Below, in pieces: positions 60,487 through 64,000 of a stretch of DNA of 64,000 bases. The position numbers were made by a program, and so were the translations under genes. This DNA is from Cyanophora paradoxa CCMP329 (taxonomy: Eukaryota > Plantae > Glaucophyta). Location of the stretch: contig QPMI01000470.1 of NCBI GenBank assembly GCA_004431415.1, positions 124,001 through 188,000 on the forward strand, given 5' to 3'. Position 1 is the stretch's first letter. Each line of letters starts with the position of its first letter. The notes beneath the pieces were generated by a model. That model saw nothing but the letters and a program-made list of their open reading frames with translations, was not told the DNA's origin and made no database searches.

Positions 60487-62967
60487 AGATCATATAGATG
60501 ATCTATCTATAGATGGCTCAGCCTAGATAGGTGGCTCAGGTCGGTGGTCCGCCCCCGCCCGCCCCCCTCTGATCAGATCTGATCTGATCTGATCTGATCT
60601 GATCTCGTCTGGTCCGATCCGATCTGATCTGATCCGCAGTGCATGGGGCGGGCGTGGTACGGGGCCGTTGTGGAGGCCTTCGGGGGCGACCGCTCCCTCA
60701 TACGCGCCGTGCGCGAACTTTAAGCGGTCTTTATTGGACTTAGTAGACTTAGACTTTACTAGTAGACTTTGATTAGTATTAGATTATTAGAATCCTAACT
60801 TCTATCACGTTATTAGAAATCCTAGCTTCTTCTAGAGGCCTTTTGGGGCGACCGCTCCCTCATCCGCGCCGTGCGCGCCACCGCCCCGGGCCCGGGCCCG
60901 CCCCGGGGCCCCGCCCCGGGCCCCCGCCGCCCCGGACCCCCTGCTCCCCCACCCAAACTTCCCCCGGGGCCCCCGCTGGGCTGCCGCGGCGCGCACATTA
61001 GTAGACTGGGAACTCTAGAATTCCTAGCTCTTCGGAAAGCGAGAGCTTCAGACATAAGAACGCGAGAGCGCGCTGAACTTCGGACTATGGTCGGTGGGCC
61101 GTCGCGGCGCGCACAGCAGAATGGGCAGCGACCATAGCAGCTCTGTAATAAGTTATATAAGACCTAAGACAGAGCCCGAAGTGGCCTAGAATAGAACTAG
61201 TCCTAGAATAAGAGCCATAAGACCTAAGTGCGACCTAAGAATAAAAGCCACAACTTGGCAAGACCTGAGGCTGAGTCCGGCACCCCTAGACCTAGATCCG
61301 GTTATATGGCCTGGAAGTATACGTAGACTTAGCCCTAGAATCGGAGCCACAAGACCTAAGGCTGAGCGCGGGGCCCCTACCCCCCTTTAGGTCGAGGAGC
61401 TGGCGGCGGACCTGCTCGCTGTGGAGCGCCCCGCGTGCTACGGCGGACTCCTCGAGGCCTGCCAGCTCCGAGGTGCAAACAAATCAAGCCTTTTGCGCTT
61501 TATAAAGTCCTTTGCTTGCTTCTCAGATTATAGCTTCTTCCCTGATTATAAGCTTATAACTAGTAAGGCTCCTCTAGGCCCTGCACCCTCCGAGGCGCCT
61601 CCTATAACTAGTCCTCCTCGAGGCCTGCACCCTCCGAGGCGCGTCTTGTAATTAGAGTTGCTTAGAGTTAATATACGTCCTATAATTGGAGTTACTTAGA
61701 GGCTCGACGTCCTATAATTAGAGTTACTTAAGGCTTACTTACTTACTGTAATTAGAGCCTGGAATCGCTTAGGGACTTAGAGGGCCTGTAGCTGGCCCGC
61801 CCACCCCCCGCCCCTCTAAGTTCTGAACGCCGCCAGGGTGGATCTAGATCTAGGCCGTCTCTAAGATCACTAAGCTGTAAAAAACCATCCAATTTCCCTT
61901 GCTAAGTTCTCAAGGCTCCTCTATAGATCTAGACGCCCGCGTGCTACGGCGGCCTCCTGGAGGCCTGCCGTAGCTTCCTCCTAGGCGGCCTCCTAGGACG
62001 CTACGGCTCCGAGGTCCTTCCTTCTACTTGCACTGAATTGCCTAAGACCCCTCGTCCTAAGACACAACAGACTCCTCTCATATAATAAGTTCTGAAGGCC
62101 CGCCCGCCCGCGTGCCCCTCTAACTATTATAAGTTCTGAAGGCCTCTCTAGATCTAGGCCGCCTCCGGATCCAAGTTCCCTAAGTTCTCTTATACGCTAC
62201 TTATAATAGACGCTACTTATAATTACTAGTTAGAGGCCGTCCGCTTAATCGGTTATTAGAAGCGGCTCCTAATGCCCCTTTCTAATTGAATTTAATTGAA
62301 TTGACTTCTTACCTGATTATAGTTCTTTCTAATTGAAATGACGCGGCCTGTTTTGCGCGCAGACGCCCCTCCGACGCCGGCGCCGCTCCCGCCCCCGCCG
62401 GTCCTCGCCGCCCTCCCGGAGGCCCCGCCCCGGGCCCCCCCGCCCCCGCCGGCCCCCCGCCCGCTCCCGCCGCTGCCCCGGTGCTCGCCCCCGCCCCCGG
62501 TCCCGGGCCCGCGGCGTGACTCGGCGCCGTCCCCGCCTCTCGCCGGCTCGCCGCCGCCGCCCTCCCGCCCCGCCTGGCTCCCCCGCGACGGCCCGTGGCG
62601 CCCCCCGCGCCCCTCACGCCCCCGCCGGCCGTGTCCGGGTACTGCTTCGAGGGCGGGGCGCAGGGTACGGTGCTGGCGCGGCCGCCCTCCCCGGGTACGG
62701 CTTCGGGGCGGACGGGGGGATGACTTGGAGGATCTCCTGGAGGGGATGGACGATCGCGGATTCGATCGCGAGGCGCACGCCCCATGGGACCCCGCCCCGG
62801 CCCGCCGCCTCCCCACTGGGCCCCCGCCCGCCGCCCCCGCCGCCCCGCCCCCGCGGCGGCACCCGCCGTCACCGCCGCCGCCGCGCCGCCGCCGGCCCTC
62901 CCCGCCGCCGCCGCGCCGGGCCTCCGGCGGCCACCGCTCGCCCCGCCGCTCGCACCACGGCCGCTAG
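55981..62967 (+). CDS. Hypothetical large multi-exon Pro-rich protein (possible LOTUS-like segment)
   Basis: Long coding-like exons with GT/GC-AG introns; 'REWRKL...GYPGFSSLLAASLRLFPD' is weakly LOTUS/OST-HTH-like; divergent from the RING gene. Confidence 0.5.
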
Positions 62968-63540
62968 CCTATAGCCTAGTAGTACTAGGCTAGTAGCCGT
63001 ATACTCCGTAGTAGGCCAGCCGGCGCCAAAATCCGCGAGCTTCGGTTTTTCGAAAAAATGTTTCGTCAACGCGCCCATTGTTATGAGATCTGCACGCGCG
63101 CGGCCCGGCGGCGCGCGCGCCACGAGGATCCGCGCGTCCCTAGGCCTAGGCCTGGCCTGGCATGATGAGCTGCGCATGCAGCCCGCAGCGCCGGCCCCGA
63201 CCACCCCCCGGTTTGCCCTGCAGCTGGCCCATGGGCCCCGACACGCCCCGTGGCCAGCCCCCAGCTGCGCATGCAGCCCGCAACGCTGGCCCGGCCCCAC
63301 GTGCACCCATCCCCCGCCGCCGCCCTGCATGCGCGCACGCCCTGGGCCCCGGCACGTCCCGCGGCCCCCCCGACCCCTGGCCCCCCACACCCTGAGACGA
63401 GCGGGGGCCGGGGCGAGTTGAATACCTAGTTCTAGATCTCTTCCTTGTGTACAATGACTAGTGGCCTGGCCGCGATTTTCAGTGTAAAGATAAACACAGG
63501 TTACAAGCAGGTAGGCAAGCCCCCCCGCACAGGGGAGGGG

Positions 63541-64000
63541 CTACCGGTCCTTCAGGGTGCGCTGGATAACTGCGTGAAAGCGCTTGTATAGGTCGAAGTG
63601 CGGTACCTGGGTACGGGTTGGCCGAGACGGGAGGGGTACGAGGGGAGGGGGTACCGGTCCTTCAGGGTGCGCTGGATAACGGCGTGAAAGCGCTTGTATA
63701 GGTCGAAGTGTGGTACCTGGGTACGGGTTGGCCGAGACGGGAGGGGTACGGGTCGGTTCCGGGGGTACCTCATGCTCGGGGCCATCGAGGAAGACGGCCC
63801 ACATCTGCGGGTCACGTACCCGTCAGAAAAGCCGTACGAGGCCTCGGGGGGGGGGGGGTACGGGGCGCCTTGCGGAGGGAGCCGAGGGTACCCTGGTCAA
63901 GCCGCAGGCCCCCCTCGTGGCAGGGCGTAGTCCCTAAGCGATCGAATCGGAATTCGATCCGATGATCCGGGCCGGATGGAAACGTCGTACCCGTGCAGGT
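63541..64000 (-). CDS. 3' end of an unidentified multi-exon gene with a tandemly duplicated last exon
   Basis: Exon VPHFDLYKRFHAVIQRTLKDR plus its acceptor occurs twice with a 110-bp period (63542-63651, 63652-63750). Confidence 0.5.

Noticed and set aside
13608-64000. Many long Arg/Pro/Gly/Ala-rich ORFs (e.g. 43134-44963, 43303-44907, 58024-59811)
   Set aside because: Expected from stop-codon scarcity at very high GC; they are antisense or off-frame to spliced genes, or read through introns.
1-64000. tRNA or rRNA genes
   Set aside because: None recognised by eye; tRNAscan-SE or Infernal would be needed to exclude them.

Overview
The window has two very different parts. (1) Positions 1-13614 are an AT-rich, intron-free, gene-dense block that reads as one arm of an endogenous dsDNA virus of the double-jelly-roll lineage. 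It could be a Polinton-like virus or a small NCLDV-related virus; the genes that would classify it lie left of the window. It encodes a major capsid protein (1-733, missed by the ORF track because it runs off the edge), two head-to-head penton-like proteins and a patatin phospholipase fused to an F5/8C discoidin domain. It also encodes a large modular phage-type fibre ending in a peptidase S74 chaperone, two paralogous fibre-like proteins, a DUF723-like Zn-ribbon protein and a bacterial-type S-adenosylmethionine decarboxylase. A ~1.3 kb non-coding terminus follows, with iteron-like palindromes. It ends in a perfect 29-bp inverted repeat around an imperfectly self-complementary AT-rich spacer, resembling an opened hairpin telomere. 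The last base of that repeat is the junction with host DNA, apparently inside an exon of a host STAND-ATPase gene. (2) Positions 13615-64000 are very GC-rich, intron-dense eukaryotic DNA from a protist or alga, with frequent GC-AG introns. Genes here include an ADCY10-like STAND ATPase (3' part), a secreted S8 subtilase, a Cys-rich repeat plus claudin-like membrane protein, an IQ protein and an LRRIQ3-like protein in divergent orientation, a RING-H2 protein and several hypotheticals. There are also microsatellites and several copied exons. Most long GC-rich ORFs in the track are artefacts. All family calls come from motif recognition by eye, not from database searches.
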